From assembly GCA_023205875.1 (NCBI GenBank), contig CP060755.1, forward strand, positions 620,001 to 684,000: a DNA stretch of 64,000 nt, given 5' to 3'. The translations under genes were made by a program, and so were the position numbers. Each line of letters opens with the position of its first letter. Position 1 is the stretch's first letter. Source of the DNA: Chloropicon primus (Eukaryota). The notes below the pieces were generated by a model. The model searched no databases. It was not told the DNA's origin and saw nothing but the letters and a program-made list of their open reading frames with translations. This document shows, in pieces, positions 53,387 through 63,340 of this stretch.

Positions 53387-53544
53387 CTCTGATTTTTTTT
53401 TCCCCGAGGTGCCAGGCAGAATGAAAGTAACCGATGGTCACGAACACCGGGAGAGCGCGAACGGAGATCAGAGGGAGAGAGAGAGAGAGGACACGAAAGA
53501 CGCAAGTGTAACGCTCGGAGACCGAGCTCGCCCAAGGAAGGAGG

Positions 53545-55521
53545 ATGGGGTCCCCAGGGCAGCCCCAGCAGCGCAAGGTCGGGGTGGTGAGGCCGTGCAA
53601 GGTTGGACCGGTCGCGGCCCTCGCGTTCCTCGCCCTCCTGCTCTTGCCCTTGTACTTGTTCGTCCTGTCGCCCCGCGCCAGCCCGGCGATCACGCGGGAC
53701 GAGGTCGAGGGCATGACGTACACGAGGCACACGGCCGCCCCCCACGGGCTCCTCCGCACGCGAGCCAAGGTGGAGGATAACGCAGCCATCCAGGAGAGGA
53801 GGGAGAGGGAGAGGAGGAAGAGGGAGCTGGAGTTGGTCGCCGTGCTGGCGCGCGAGATCCAAGTCGTCAAGACGGTCGGCCCCGACGACAACGGGGAGGA
53901 CGACGTCATTCCACGGGGCCTGAGGCCCGGGAGGACCTTGGGCGAGGGGCGGGCGTACATCACCGTGGTGCCCGGGGACGCTGGGGGCGGCGCGCTCCTG
54001 GAGAACGCGCTGGACTTTGCGACGAGGCTGAACTCCTCTTCGAGCGGGGCCACCTTGGTCCTCCTGGTGAGGGACAGGGAGTCCTCCCTCGACGATGCCG
54101 AGAAAGCCAGAGTCGAGTCCGCGGGGAACGTGAGGCTCGTGGACGTACCTTACGTGTACGAGCAGATCTTCCTGAACGATAGCGTCCCGAGCGACTTTGG
54201 GGGGCTGAAGCGAAAGATTTACAGGTACGCCAACTTTGAGGCTGCCTTCGAGGGGTACTTGAGGCCCATGATGTGGCTGCTCTGGGAGTACGAGACCCTG
54301 ATTTACGTGGACCCGGACACGGTGTACCACGGCCCCGTCGACGACTTGTTCGACCTGTGCGACAGCGCCACGCTGTGCGCCCCCGAGCTGTACCAGGACG
54401 AGTGCGCCCCCCGGGGCAGCGGCGGCCCGGACCCCCCCGCGAACAAGACCCAGCAGGACCTCTTCAACCCGAGGCTGATGGTGCTCAAGCCCCAAGCCGG
54501 CACCGCGAGCAGGTTCTGGGACATCCTGTCGTCCGCCCGAAAGTCAAAGTACGGGGCCGTCGACCACGACCTCGGCGTCCTCTTCGCGGGGCTCTCCGAC
54601 TCGTGGGCCCCCCTCCCGCCGTGCTACAGCGACCTGCTCGCGTTGGGGAGCGTGGCAGAGGAGGAGGAGGGGGAGGAGGGCGGTCGAGACGTTACGATCG
54701 CGGCGCGCGTGAAGGGGATGAAGTCGATCAAGGTGTTCGGCAAGAGCGTGAAGATCCTGCAAGGGGCCAGCGGGAAGGAGGCCCTGGGGAACCTCCTCAT
54801 CACGTCCAAGATCAACGCGTTGTACGCCCAGCTGCACGGGTTCGGGTACTCGTCCTTCGAGGGCAGGCTGCTGAACGAGTCGAGGTACACGAGCCACTGG
54901 GACAGGTACAAGCTGGCGAGGGACGAGCTCGCGGGGGGCTGGGACTATGTCGTGTGGATGGACTCGGACGTGATGGTCAGGGAGATCGACTGGGACTTGA
55001 GGCAGCTGATCTCCGCCGCGGGGGGCGGCGTGGACATCCTCATCAGCGCCGACTGGGAGTTCAGGCCCAAGGTCCGCCCGTTCCCCCCCGTGAACACCGG
55101 GGTCATGGTTCTCCGGAACAGCAACTGGACGCTGGACTTCCTGGACGGCTTCTTGTCCCTGGAGAACGCCTACTGCCGGAAGTGCGCCAAAAAGTACTGC
55201 TCGCGGATCAAGTTCCACGACCAAGGCTGCCTGGAGGAGTACATCATGACGGGCGCCAGGGAGATTCGGGACCACATGCAGGTCCTGCCCGTGGGAACCC
55301 TGCAGAGGAAGATCAACGACAACTTCAAGATCGGGGCGCCCATGATGCCGAGGTACAACAGCAACTACAGCTTTGCTGTGCACGCCGCCGGCTTGCCGAA
55401 GAAGCGAGAGGTGATGGAGAAGAACGCTGAAGCGATACTCAAGCGACTCGGTGCTGAGGACCCTGGACGACGACGAGACGAGAAAGAACGACCCGGAGGA
55501 TTGGGATATGCGTTGTCGTGA
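53545..55521 (+). CDS. type II membrane glycosyltransferase with GT8-like and GT34-like domains
   Basis: N-terminal TM. Domain 1: WLLWEYETLIYVDPDT...DDLFD...FNP.LMVLKP (GT8/glycogenin-like). Domain 2: DYVVWMDSD...NTGVMVLRNSNW...HDQ (GT34-like). Confidence 0.75.
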   Translation: MGSPGQPQQRKVGVVRPCKVGPVAALAFLALLLLPLYLFVLSPRASPAITRDEVEGMTYTRHTAAPHGLLRTRAKVEDNAAIQERRERERRKRELELVAVLAREIQVVKTVGPDDNGEDDVIPRGLRPGRTLGEGRAYITVVPGDAGGGALLENALDFATRLNSSSSGATLVLLVRDRESSLDDAEKARVESAGNVRLVDVPYVYEQIFLNDSVPSDFGGLKRKIYRYANFEAAFEGYLRPMMWLLWEYETLIYVDPDTVYHGPVDDLFDLCDSATLCAPELYQDECAPRGSGGPDPPANKTQQDLFNPRLMVLKPQAGTASRFWDILSSARKSKYGAVDHDLGVLFAGLSDSWAPLPPCYSDLLALGSVAEEEEGEEGGRDVTIAARVKGMKSIKVFGKSVKILQGASGKEALGNLLITSKINALYAQLHGFGYSSFEGRLLNESRYTSHWDRYKLARDELAGGWDYVVWMDSDVMVREIDWDLRQLISAAGGGVDILISADWEFRPKVRPFPPVNTGVMVLRNSNWTLDFLDGFLSLENAYCRKCAKKYCSRIKFHDQGCLEEYIMTGAREIRDHMQVLPVGTLQRKINDNFKIGAPMMPRYNSNYSFAVHAAGLPKKREVMEKNAEAILKRLGAEDPGRRRDEKERPGGLGYALS

Positions 55522-55937
55522 TACACGGGGAGGATCCGCGTCGTTGTTGTTGTTGCTGTGTGTCTGTAAAGTAGTAACTGATGTGATATGTGATCGTTTT
55601 GGCACCTTTTAAAAGATGGGGACTCTTTTTTATTCTGTACGTGGTAGGCAGTCCAGCATGCTGTGCCAAGAGGAAACCTTTGCCTTTTCGATAGGCCCGA
55701 AGGTCTCGACGGAACGTGGGGGCCACGTGTTTTTCGCAAGCAAGATTTTTCTTCTTTTTTCCCAAGGGAGCTCAAGTGTAGAAAACCCCACATTGAGCCC
55801 CCTCCGCTTGCTTTGAGGTTTCGCGCCATCTCCGTTTGGGGAAAAATGGGAGCAGGGAGTAAAAAGGCAAGGTTCACTTTTTGTAACGGGCGGCGACGTA
55901 ACCGACGAGAGAGAGAAAGCACTACAACAAGTTCATC

Positions 55938-57440
55938 ATGGACGCGGCGACGGGAGACGGGGCGCGCCCCCTCGTGGAGGCGGCGCAAGTGAGCTACGTG
56001 ACGTCGGACGAGTTCACGACGGTGGTGGACCACCTCTGGCTCCTGATCAGCGCCTTTCTGGTTTTCCTCATGCAGGCCGGGTTCGCGATGCTTGAGGTCG
56101 GCACGGTGCGCCAGAAGAACGCGAAGAACCTGATGATCAAAAACATCATGGACCTCGCCGCGGGGGCCTTCGTGTGGTGGGCCTTCGGGTTCGCCTTCGC
56201 GTACGGGGGCGGGGACTACAGCGGCGGGCCCTCGAACGGGTTCATCGGCGCCCAAGGTTTCTTCTTCATCAAGGGCTACGACGCGTGCGACGACGCCAGC
56301 GAATTCTGCCTGTACCCCATCAAGCCCAAGTACGACTCGTTCGCGGGCTGGCTCTTCCAGTGGGCCTTCGCGGCGACGGCCACCACCATCGTGAGCGGGG
56401 CCGTGGCCGAGAGGTGCTCCTTCCTCGGCTACGTGATTTACGCCGTGTTCATCACCGGCTTCATCTACCCCGTGGTCGTCCACTGGATCTGGTCGGAATA
56501 CGGGTGGCTGTCCGCGTTCAGGAACCCGGACGCCCCGGGCGTCTGGATCGCGAGCGGGGTCGTCGACTTTGCCGGTAGCGGCGTCGTGCACTTGGTGGGC
56601 GGGACGATCTCCCTGGTCGCCGCGTACATCCTCGGCCCCCGAATCGGTCGGTTCGACGCCACCGGGAAGGTCGTGCCCATCATGCCCCACAACTCCGCCT
56701 TTGTCGGTCTCGGAACCCTCCTCTTGTGGTTCGGCTGGTTCGGGTTCAACTCGGGGTCCACCCTCGCGCTGTCCGGCGGCTTCATCCTCGCGGCGGAAAA
56801 GGTTGCGGTGGGCACCACTCTCGCCGCCAGCGGCGGGGGACTGGCCGGAATCTGCATGTGCTTCGTCAAGGACGGGTACCTCGACCTTCCCGCCCTGTGC
56901 AACGGAATCTTGGGAGGCCTCGTGGGAGTCTGCTCGGCGGTCGCTGTCGCGGAGCCTTGGGCCTGCTGGGTCATCGGCTTCTTCGCGGGCTGCGTCGAGT
57001 TCTGGTTCGCGATCGGGGTGCAAAAGCTGAAGATCGACGACCCCCTCGACGCCAGCGCCGTCCACATGGGGTGCGGCTTCTTCGGCTTGATCTGCGGAGG
57101 ACTCTTCGGGACCAGGCTCAACACTGACGCGACGTACAGCGCTGACCAGCCTTGCGGGGCCTTCTTCCCGGGCTGTGGCGGACAGCAGCTCGGTGTCAAC
57201 ATCCTCGGCGGGGTCATGATCATGGTCTGGTGCTCGGGCATGGCGTTCCTTGTCTTCGGTGGAATGAGACTGGCTGGCATCTTGAGAATTTCATCAAAGC
57301 AGGAGCACGAAGGCCTGGATGTGTCCTATCACGGCTCCGCCGCTTACGATGACACTATGGACGGCTCAGGCAGCGCGAAGTACAGGAACAAGGTGCAGAG
57401 AGCAATGATCGCTGAGGAAGTCGAACCCCCGACCGAGTAG
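55938..57440 (+). CDS. AMT1: ammonium transporter, AMT1 family
   Basis: FLMQAGFAMLE.G.VR.KN, FQWAF, GAVAER, YPVVVHW.W, DFAGSGVVH.VGG, LWFGWFGFNSGS, IDDP..A..VH. Confidence 0.96.
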   Translation: MDAATGDGARPLVEAAQVSYVTSDEFTTVVDHLWLLISAFLVFLMQAGFAMLEVGTVRQKNAKNLMIKNIMDLAAGAFVWWAFGFAFAYGGGDYSGGPSNGFIGAQGFFFIKGYDACDDASEFCLYPIKPKYDSFAGWLFQWAFAATATTIVSGAVAERCSFLGYVIYAVFITGFIYPVVVHWIWSEYGWLSAFRNPDAPGVWIASGVVDFAGSGVVHLVGGTISLVAAYILGPRIGRFDATGKVVPIMPHNSAFVGLGTLLLWFGWFGFNSGSTLALSGGFILAAEKVAVGTTLAASGGGLAGICMCFVKDGYLDLPALCNGILGGLVGVCSAVAVAEPWACWVIGFFAGCVEFWFAIGVQKLKIDDPLDASAVHMGCGFFGLICGGLFGTRLNTDATYSADQPCGAFFPGCGGQQLGVNILGGVMIMVWCSGMAFLVFGGMRLAGILRISSKQEHEGLDVSYHGSAAYDDTMDGSGSAKYRNKVQRAMIAEEVEPPTE

Positions 57441-58119
57441 GTGAGCCCCGCTGGAAAGTTGGCAACGCCAAACTCGCATCAAGAAGTTCTTAAGAGTTCT
57501 TAAACAACAGCAGTTACAACACATCTAGATCGATTATTCCATTTCACTGCTTATAAGAAAGACGGACAATTCCCCCTCCGCGACGATCGACAGAGACCTC
57601 TACTCGATGCCTTCCTTTGTTGGTCACGCCACCAGAGAGGCTCTGGTTCCTCCTCCCTCTCTTTGTTTCTTTCTCTTCCGGTGGATTTTCTCCCTTCCGC
57701 TGAACGTTCATCATAACGGCCGAGCACGAGGGCGAGGGCGAACGAGGACGAGACGAGCACGAGAGAGAGAAACAAACGAGGACGGGAGCGCGCGGCGGAG
57801 GAAAAAAGAAAGACGGAGGACAGGAACGAAGGAAGCGTCTTCTCTTCCTCTTTCGAAAGAGTCGTAGCTCGAAGAAAGGACCCGTTTGTGAGGATCTGAG
57901 GAGCACGAAACGGGAGAGAGGAAACAAAAGGACGAACGAGAGGAGGGGGGGCTAATACGAGGAGAGCGCGCGTTTGTTCGGGAGGTTTCGCGGGTGACAG
58001 ACGAGCGGAAGGAGCTTCTTCTTGCTCTTTCGAACGAGCCCTCACGCGAAAGAACCGACCCGGTGGTGAGGATCATCTGAGGAGCACGGACACAACTTGT
58101 GTCACACAAGGACGTGAAG

Positions 58120-59463
58120 ATGGAAGTGACAAGGGAGCAGAGAAAAAAGCAGAAGAAGGAAGCCGAACATGCGTTGGATGTGCTTCCGGGGAGTGCGTGG
58201 CTTGTGATTGTGAAGCACCTGAGCCCCTACGACCACTTTGCTTTTGCGATGACCTGCAGAACTTTCCTCGAGGCGTTGAGGGTGGTGAACCCGAAGGAGA
58301 GGATTCATCTTAGTACCGACCTCACGGACAAAGCGTTGTACGAGCGAATGCCGTGCTTCAGTATGGGTTGGTTCCAGTGGGTGTTTCTCGCTTCTAATGC
58401 ATCGTACCAAATGATGAGTGGAACAGCGAACCCAAGAAAAAGAAATGGAAGATATTCGCGCTACTTGTATGACACTGACCTGATGTACCTCGCCGCGTTC
58501 CAAGGGGACAAAGAAGTGATGAGGTGGTTGAGGAGCTGTAGGACGACCCCTTCGTATGGTGGAAGGCATTGGGTTGATGCAATAGAAAAAGGAGCTTCTG
58601 GCGGAGGTCATCTTAATGTCTTGGTATGGTTGAGGAGCGACGGGTGGCCGCGGCGTGTGACTGCAGCTTGGGCAGCTCGAGGTGGCCACCTTCACATTCT
58701 GATATGGTTTCACATTGATAGCCAGAGACAACAAGGTCACCCTCCATCTGGAGCTCTAAGATGGGGAGAGGCGTTATGTGAGGCAGCTCGTGGAGGCCAC
58801 CTTCATATTCTGCGGTGGGCTCGAAGCCAGGATCCGCATTGTGTTTGGAACTGGAGGACTACTTGTGCGCAGGCGGCTCGGGGAGGCCACCTTCATATTC
58901 TGCAGTGGCTTCGAAACCACAACCTACCTTGTGATTGGGACCACAGGAGTTGTGCCGGTGCAGCTGAAGGAGGTCACCTTGCTGTTCTGCAGTGGCTTCG
59001 CAGCCAGGACCCGCCTTGTGATTGGGACGAGTGGGCTTGTCAATTGGCAGCTCGAGGAGGTCACCTTCATGTTCTGCAGTGGGCTCGAAACCAGGACCCG
59101 CCTTGTGATTGGGACGAGAAGACTTGTTCTCGAGCAGCTGAATATGGCCACATTGATGTTCTGCAGTGGGCTCGAAGCCAGAGTCCGCCTTGTGATTGGG
59201 ACAATAGTATGGCTTGTGAACAGGCAGCTAAAAGAGGTCACCTTCATATGCTGCAGTGGCTTCGGAGTCACGATCCACCTTGCCCTTGGAACAACGAGAC
59301 TTGTGTTGGTGCAGCTCGAGGAGGCTACCTTGATGTTCTGCAGTGGCTCCTAAGCCAGGATCCACCTTGCCCTTGCAATCCAACACATTTAAAGAGGGTA
59401 GCAATGGTTTATGAGCACAAACACATCCGCAAGTGGCTCAAGGAGAATTATATTGACGAATAG
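58120..59463 (+). CDS. F-box-like N-terminus plus short (29-30 aa) ankyrin-type repeats
   Basis: LDVLPGSAWLVIVKHL...FAMTCRTF, then 7 well-conserved AA.GGHL..LQW.RSQDPPC.WD repeats preceded by 3 degenerate ones. Lower GC than neighbouring genes. Confidence 0.85.
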   Translation: MEVTREQRKKQKKEAEHALDVLPGSAWLVIVKHLSPYDHFAFAMTCRTFLEALRVVNPKERIHLSTDLTDKALYERMPCFSMGWFQWVFLASNASYQMMSGTANPRKRNGRYSRYLYDTDLMYLAAFQGDKEVMRWLRSCRTTPSYGGRHWVDAIEKGASGGGHLNVLVWLRSDGWPRRVTAAWAARGGHLHILIWFHIDSQRQQGHPPSGALRWGEALCEAARGGHLHILRWARSQDPHCVWNWRTTCAQAARGGHLHILQWLRNHNLPCDWDHRSCAGAAEGGHLAVLQWLRSQDPPCDWDEWACQLAARGGHLHVLQWARNQDPPCDWDEKTCSRAAEYGHIDVLQWARSQSPPCDWDNSMACEQAAKRGHLHMLQWLRSHDPPCPWNNETCVGAARGGYLDVLQWLLSQDPPCPCNPTHLKRVAMVYEHKHIRKWLKENYIDE

Positions 59464-61378
59464 ATGGTACAACTTCATGAAATTTTGAGAACTTTAGAAA
59501 CCCATTCTCGATGCTTTCTCACATCCCCGCGCGATCCCTGCCTCGTTTCGTTACTCTCAGCTGGTTGTTTTGTTGCTTCCACACAGCGGGCGATCGCATG
59601 GACACGAAAGGAGAAACTAATGGCTAATGGACGTGACGGATGTTGTTGAAGACTGGATTAGACTTTGACAACAGTCGCAAGCATTATTCCACATTTCGTC
59701 TGGAAGAAAGCACCTGTCCTCTAATATGATATTAGAACAAGGACTTTATTGAAAAAGACATGATTATATCAAAGACCATGATGATGATGACCATTCGATC
59801 TCGCTTGCTCGCTCCTACTCTTTTGGATAATTGGGCAATTGTCCTGTCTAGGGATTGATTTGTCTTTCATGAATTTGCAAGTGACTGCCCGAGGGACTTT
59901 GTCCCCCAAGGGCGAAGAAGTGCAAGGCGTCAACGTCGCTGCAATTTCTACCTCGTGCAATGGTGAGTGCATTGAGGCGACATCATTGGTATACGAATCA
60001 GTTTCATGAAATATCTTTCATTTCATAAAGGGAAAGGCAAAATATGTTAAAAAGGAGTTTGTTCATCTGGTGCTACAAGTTTCGATCAAGTTCCTTATTA
60101 TGCAACGCATGTCATTTAAGCAATTAATGATTTTTTGGCTTCTATATCAAAAGGAAAACGAGATGATGTATTGATCTCCTTTAGTTCTCGATTAGATATC
60201 ATTCTATCGTCCATAGAACACAAGACCACCTTTCTTGTTCGTCAACGAAGACGAAATCGCATAAGAAACGAACAGGAGTTTATTCATTGGTTTACAATTG
60301 TTTGCCTTGATTCCTCAACACGTATTGTCCTTTATTTGGCTTGAGATACATAATTCTTATTAAAAATCAATTATCACAAACAGTATTGTTGTGTTTTACT
60401 TAATGGAGCGCTTCATTTTATCATCATGAGCCATGTCGTTCTCTACTTGTTAATAAATATTGCAGAGCAAACGCAATTTATAATTGTATTTCAGATAAAC
60501 GCTCTTGTTTGAGAGAGTGAAGAAAGGGTGAAAAGGAATTATAGTTAAATTGTCGCCGTGCCACTTGAGTATCTCAATGCTACTGTTTTTTGTTTCACTC
60601 ACTCGTTTACCTAAGTAAGCGTGTTCTCAAGTGTGTCATAATATTGTATCCTTATTAACGTCTCATAGTAAGATATTGAATCCATAATATTCCAATAAAT
60701 TTTATCCATACTGCAAAAACTCGTCATAACGAATGTCCAGAATGTTTATGATCATCTTTAGCATTATAATAACATATTAATTTTTCTGTGTATGTACATA
60801 CCTAAAATGCACCCTCAACCGTAAAAATAGACTGAAAATCAACGCGTTCAAGGTAAACAATACAATTATTCAATAATTCATTGGAGAATGTTCCTCATTG
60901 GTATCTTTTCCTTCAGACCAGAAGGTTGAAAAGCAAAACGTCAAACAACAGTGAATTCAGAATGCAGTCTATTTGGCAATTCATGTGCGTGCCTGTGACT
61001 ATAATTTGCTATAATATAAAAGGAGGATTCCATTCCAGATTGGATCTTTTAAATTATGAGCGGGCCCATTAATGAACAATATATATATTGGAGCGTTTGT
61101 AAAACCAAAGTTTAAACAATCAAATTATATATACACTGTTAAAAGGGCGCACAGGCTTAGCTATATTTTCCACGCAAACGTTGTACGGCTTTTCGCATGC
61201 AAATGCTTTTTTTGTCCAGGTAGAAATATACATGAAGCAAAGCAATTAATGAATTTATGCTTTAGGACGGTGTGTCGGCAAAAAAAACAACAGGGTTGCT
61301 CCGACGTATTTTTTTGGTATCGCATCGGAATTGAAATCTCATACGTTTGATGCCAAGATTGCTGCAATAAATATTGTA
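59464..61378. other. AT-rich gene-free island (~1.9 kb)
   Basis: Two 60-nt lines counted by hand gave 27% (60361) and 33% (60781) GC, far below flanking genes. No credible ORF. It is the longest non-coding stretch in the window. Confidence 0.9.
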
Positions 61379-61848
61379 AGAGCCGTGAATAGACCAACTC
61401 CTCTGTTGATCCAGTGGCTCTGGGGCTTGTCGGACGGAACCTCAATGAAAAGCACAAAGTTGGAGTTGTGGCCCGTCGTGGAAAGGGTTCCGGCCCTCGT
61501 CAGCGTCTTGTAGAACGGGCAGTTGTAGATTCCAAACTCCTGCTTGATCCTGTTCTGCTCGGGCTTGAGCCAGATGATTGGCATTTCCGTGTAAAGCTCC
61601 TTGGGACGACTCTCGTCCAGGACGTGGGCGGCGTGGTCTCAGCGCCCGCCCTCGAGGTACAGACCCCTGATGTAGCACCCATCCGTGGGCCCGGAAGTCG
61701 TGGTCTTCTCGCTCAGGGTGTCCATGACCCGGAAAGAGAAGCTGACGGTGTCAATGGAGAACATCATTTTTCTCGCAAAGTTTTGGAGGGTTCCCGTGAG
61801 GAAGGCCTGGGGAAGAAGATACCGGCGATCCAGTAGATCGCTGGGTTT
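61379..61848 (-). pseudogene. inverted, inactivated copy of the dynein heavy chain 3' end (source 44892-45362)
   Basis: The reverse complement aligns to 44892-45362 with about 4 substitutions and a 1-nt deletion (ccccc to cccc). It includes TGG>TGA at 61639-61641 and lacks the final A-Y-stop. Confidence 0.96.
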
Positions 61849-61910
61849 TTGTCTGCTCATGATACATGCATATGGACTTCGCTTTCTCGAAATGTTGTTG
61901 TTGTTGTTAT

Positions 61911-63004
61911 TCATGAGTTGATATCCAAGTTCTTTAGTTCTTCGAGGCGATTGAAATCTACTGGAAAGCCATAGATAGCCTTCTCGGATACTGCCCTTTT
62001 GCTGTCTTCTGGCTTGCATAATCGAAGCTCTGCATCGGATTCGCCTGAATTCTCCAGCAGCTCCTCCCATGAGAAAAGGAGGGAACTCGTGGGCTCCCCA
62101 TAAGGGTTGACATCAAGAATTGTTATCCTTTCCTTTCTGCTGATGTGGATGTCAAAGGCGTACGAGCTGAGACTGTCGAGTCTCTCCGTCACAACTTCAG
62201 CAAAGAAGGCGTTGACCTTTTCCATGATCTCGTCCTTGTCTGCGGCAAGGTCACTGGTGTCCTCGCTCAGGTACCTTTGGCTGACGCCTATGAGCCTCCC
62301 TTTCACTACGAAGCACCTTAACTCCCGCCTCCTATCAAAGTCATACCACTTCTTCAAATTCAGGACTTGCTGGCACGCTCTCACACTTGCTTCTGGGTCA
62401 TAGTCAGAGCAGTTCGCAAAAGCGTGCAGGACGTCGCTTAAGACTCTGTCCGAAGCTTTCAACATCAATATGACCTCCTCCGCGTTCTCGCAACGCAGTG
62501 AAGACAGCGGGTTGATCCAAGTTGCATCCTTCGGGCATGACCAGTTCAGTTTTGGCATGACAGACCCTTCGAACTCACAGATCGCTTGATCGATGCGTGT
62601 GACTAGATCACCAAACCCACTGAGCTTGTTGTCTTGAGTTCCCCCTTCCTCTTCCTTTTCACCGTCGCTCTCCTCGGCCTCATCGTCCCCAGCACTCGAG
62701 CTTGAGCTGGACGACGTCGAATCACGCCTTCCGAACTAGGACCCAATCGATAAGATAACGTCGTCAGCGATCTCAAGGTTCCGGACAACTACCCTTTCGC
62801 CTCACTTACCACCCTCGAGTCGTCCGGCACGCTTATTCCATCCTCCTTCAAGTATTCCACGAAGTCGCCCGCCAGGTCCAGCGTCACCACCTTCCCCGCA
62901 TGCTTCGGTCCGAACTTTGGATACCACACGTGGAATTGACACACCCTCACCTCCTCCACCGTTGGCCCTTGACGCTCGTCCCTCCCCTCCATCGCCATCT
63001 TCAT
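61911..63004 (-). CDS. CDC123: cell division cycle protein 123 (eIF2 assembly factor; intron 62736-62809)
   Basis: CQFHVWYPKF, FVEYLKEDGI, PKLNWSCPKDATWI, LKASD, LKKW...ELRCFV...GVSQR, DVNP...LLFSWEEL. Confidence 0.92.
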
Positions 63005-63340
63005 TCTCCTGTGCTCCACACCACCAAGTAAGTTCTCCGTGGAATCCGGCGACCGAGGTCTCGTTCGAAAGGCCGTGAGGTGATTCTTCTGTCAGTGTGG
63101 CCCGTGGCGTGGTGTTCCTCCCCAGTGGTTCCCTCCTCCCTCGTTTCCAAGACTCCCCTCCTTCGCCCTTGTTCGCCGAGACGGTCCTGTTCTCTGCAGA
63201 GAAGCAGAGCAGGCAGAGAGAGGAGGAGAGCAGAGAGGAGAGAGGAGCAGAGAGGAGAAGGCTTGAGGCTTGAGGCTTGAGGCTTGAGGGTTTTGTAGGG
63301 AGTGGAGGAGCGAGTGGGTTGAGGCGAAAGGGTTGGAAAG

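Noticed and set aside
55670..55878. GAGGAAAC... / ...GGCAAGGTTCAC resembling the RNase P/MRP P4 helix
   Set aside because: The register and conserved residues do not match the P4 consensus. Kept only as a generic structure candidate.
57544..57714. 56-codon minus-strand ORF (MMNVQRKGENPP...) with a TGTAA downstream
   Set aside because: Too short and no recognisable homology; cannot be supported without expression data.
58780..59380. Regular ~87 bp repeats that could be mistaken for a CRISPR array
   Set aside because: They are in-frame ankyrin-type coding repeats in a eukaryotic gene, with no unique spacers or cas genes.
60135..61513. Short ORFs (60-98 aa) within the AT-rich island
   Set aside because: No motifs, and composition unlike host genes; expected by chance.
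59464..61848. Helitron, Pack-MULE or other TE carrying the dynein fragment
   Set aside because: No terminal inverted repeats, target-site duplication, Helitron ends or transposase remnants were recognised by eye. Not excluded, but unsupported.
44892..61848. Simple staggered-break inversion in which the 61.4 kb copy retains the original dynein downstream sequence
   Set aside because: The conserved dynein terminus and stop are at 45372 and the copy lacks them, so that simplest model does not fit.
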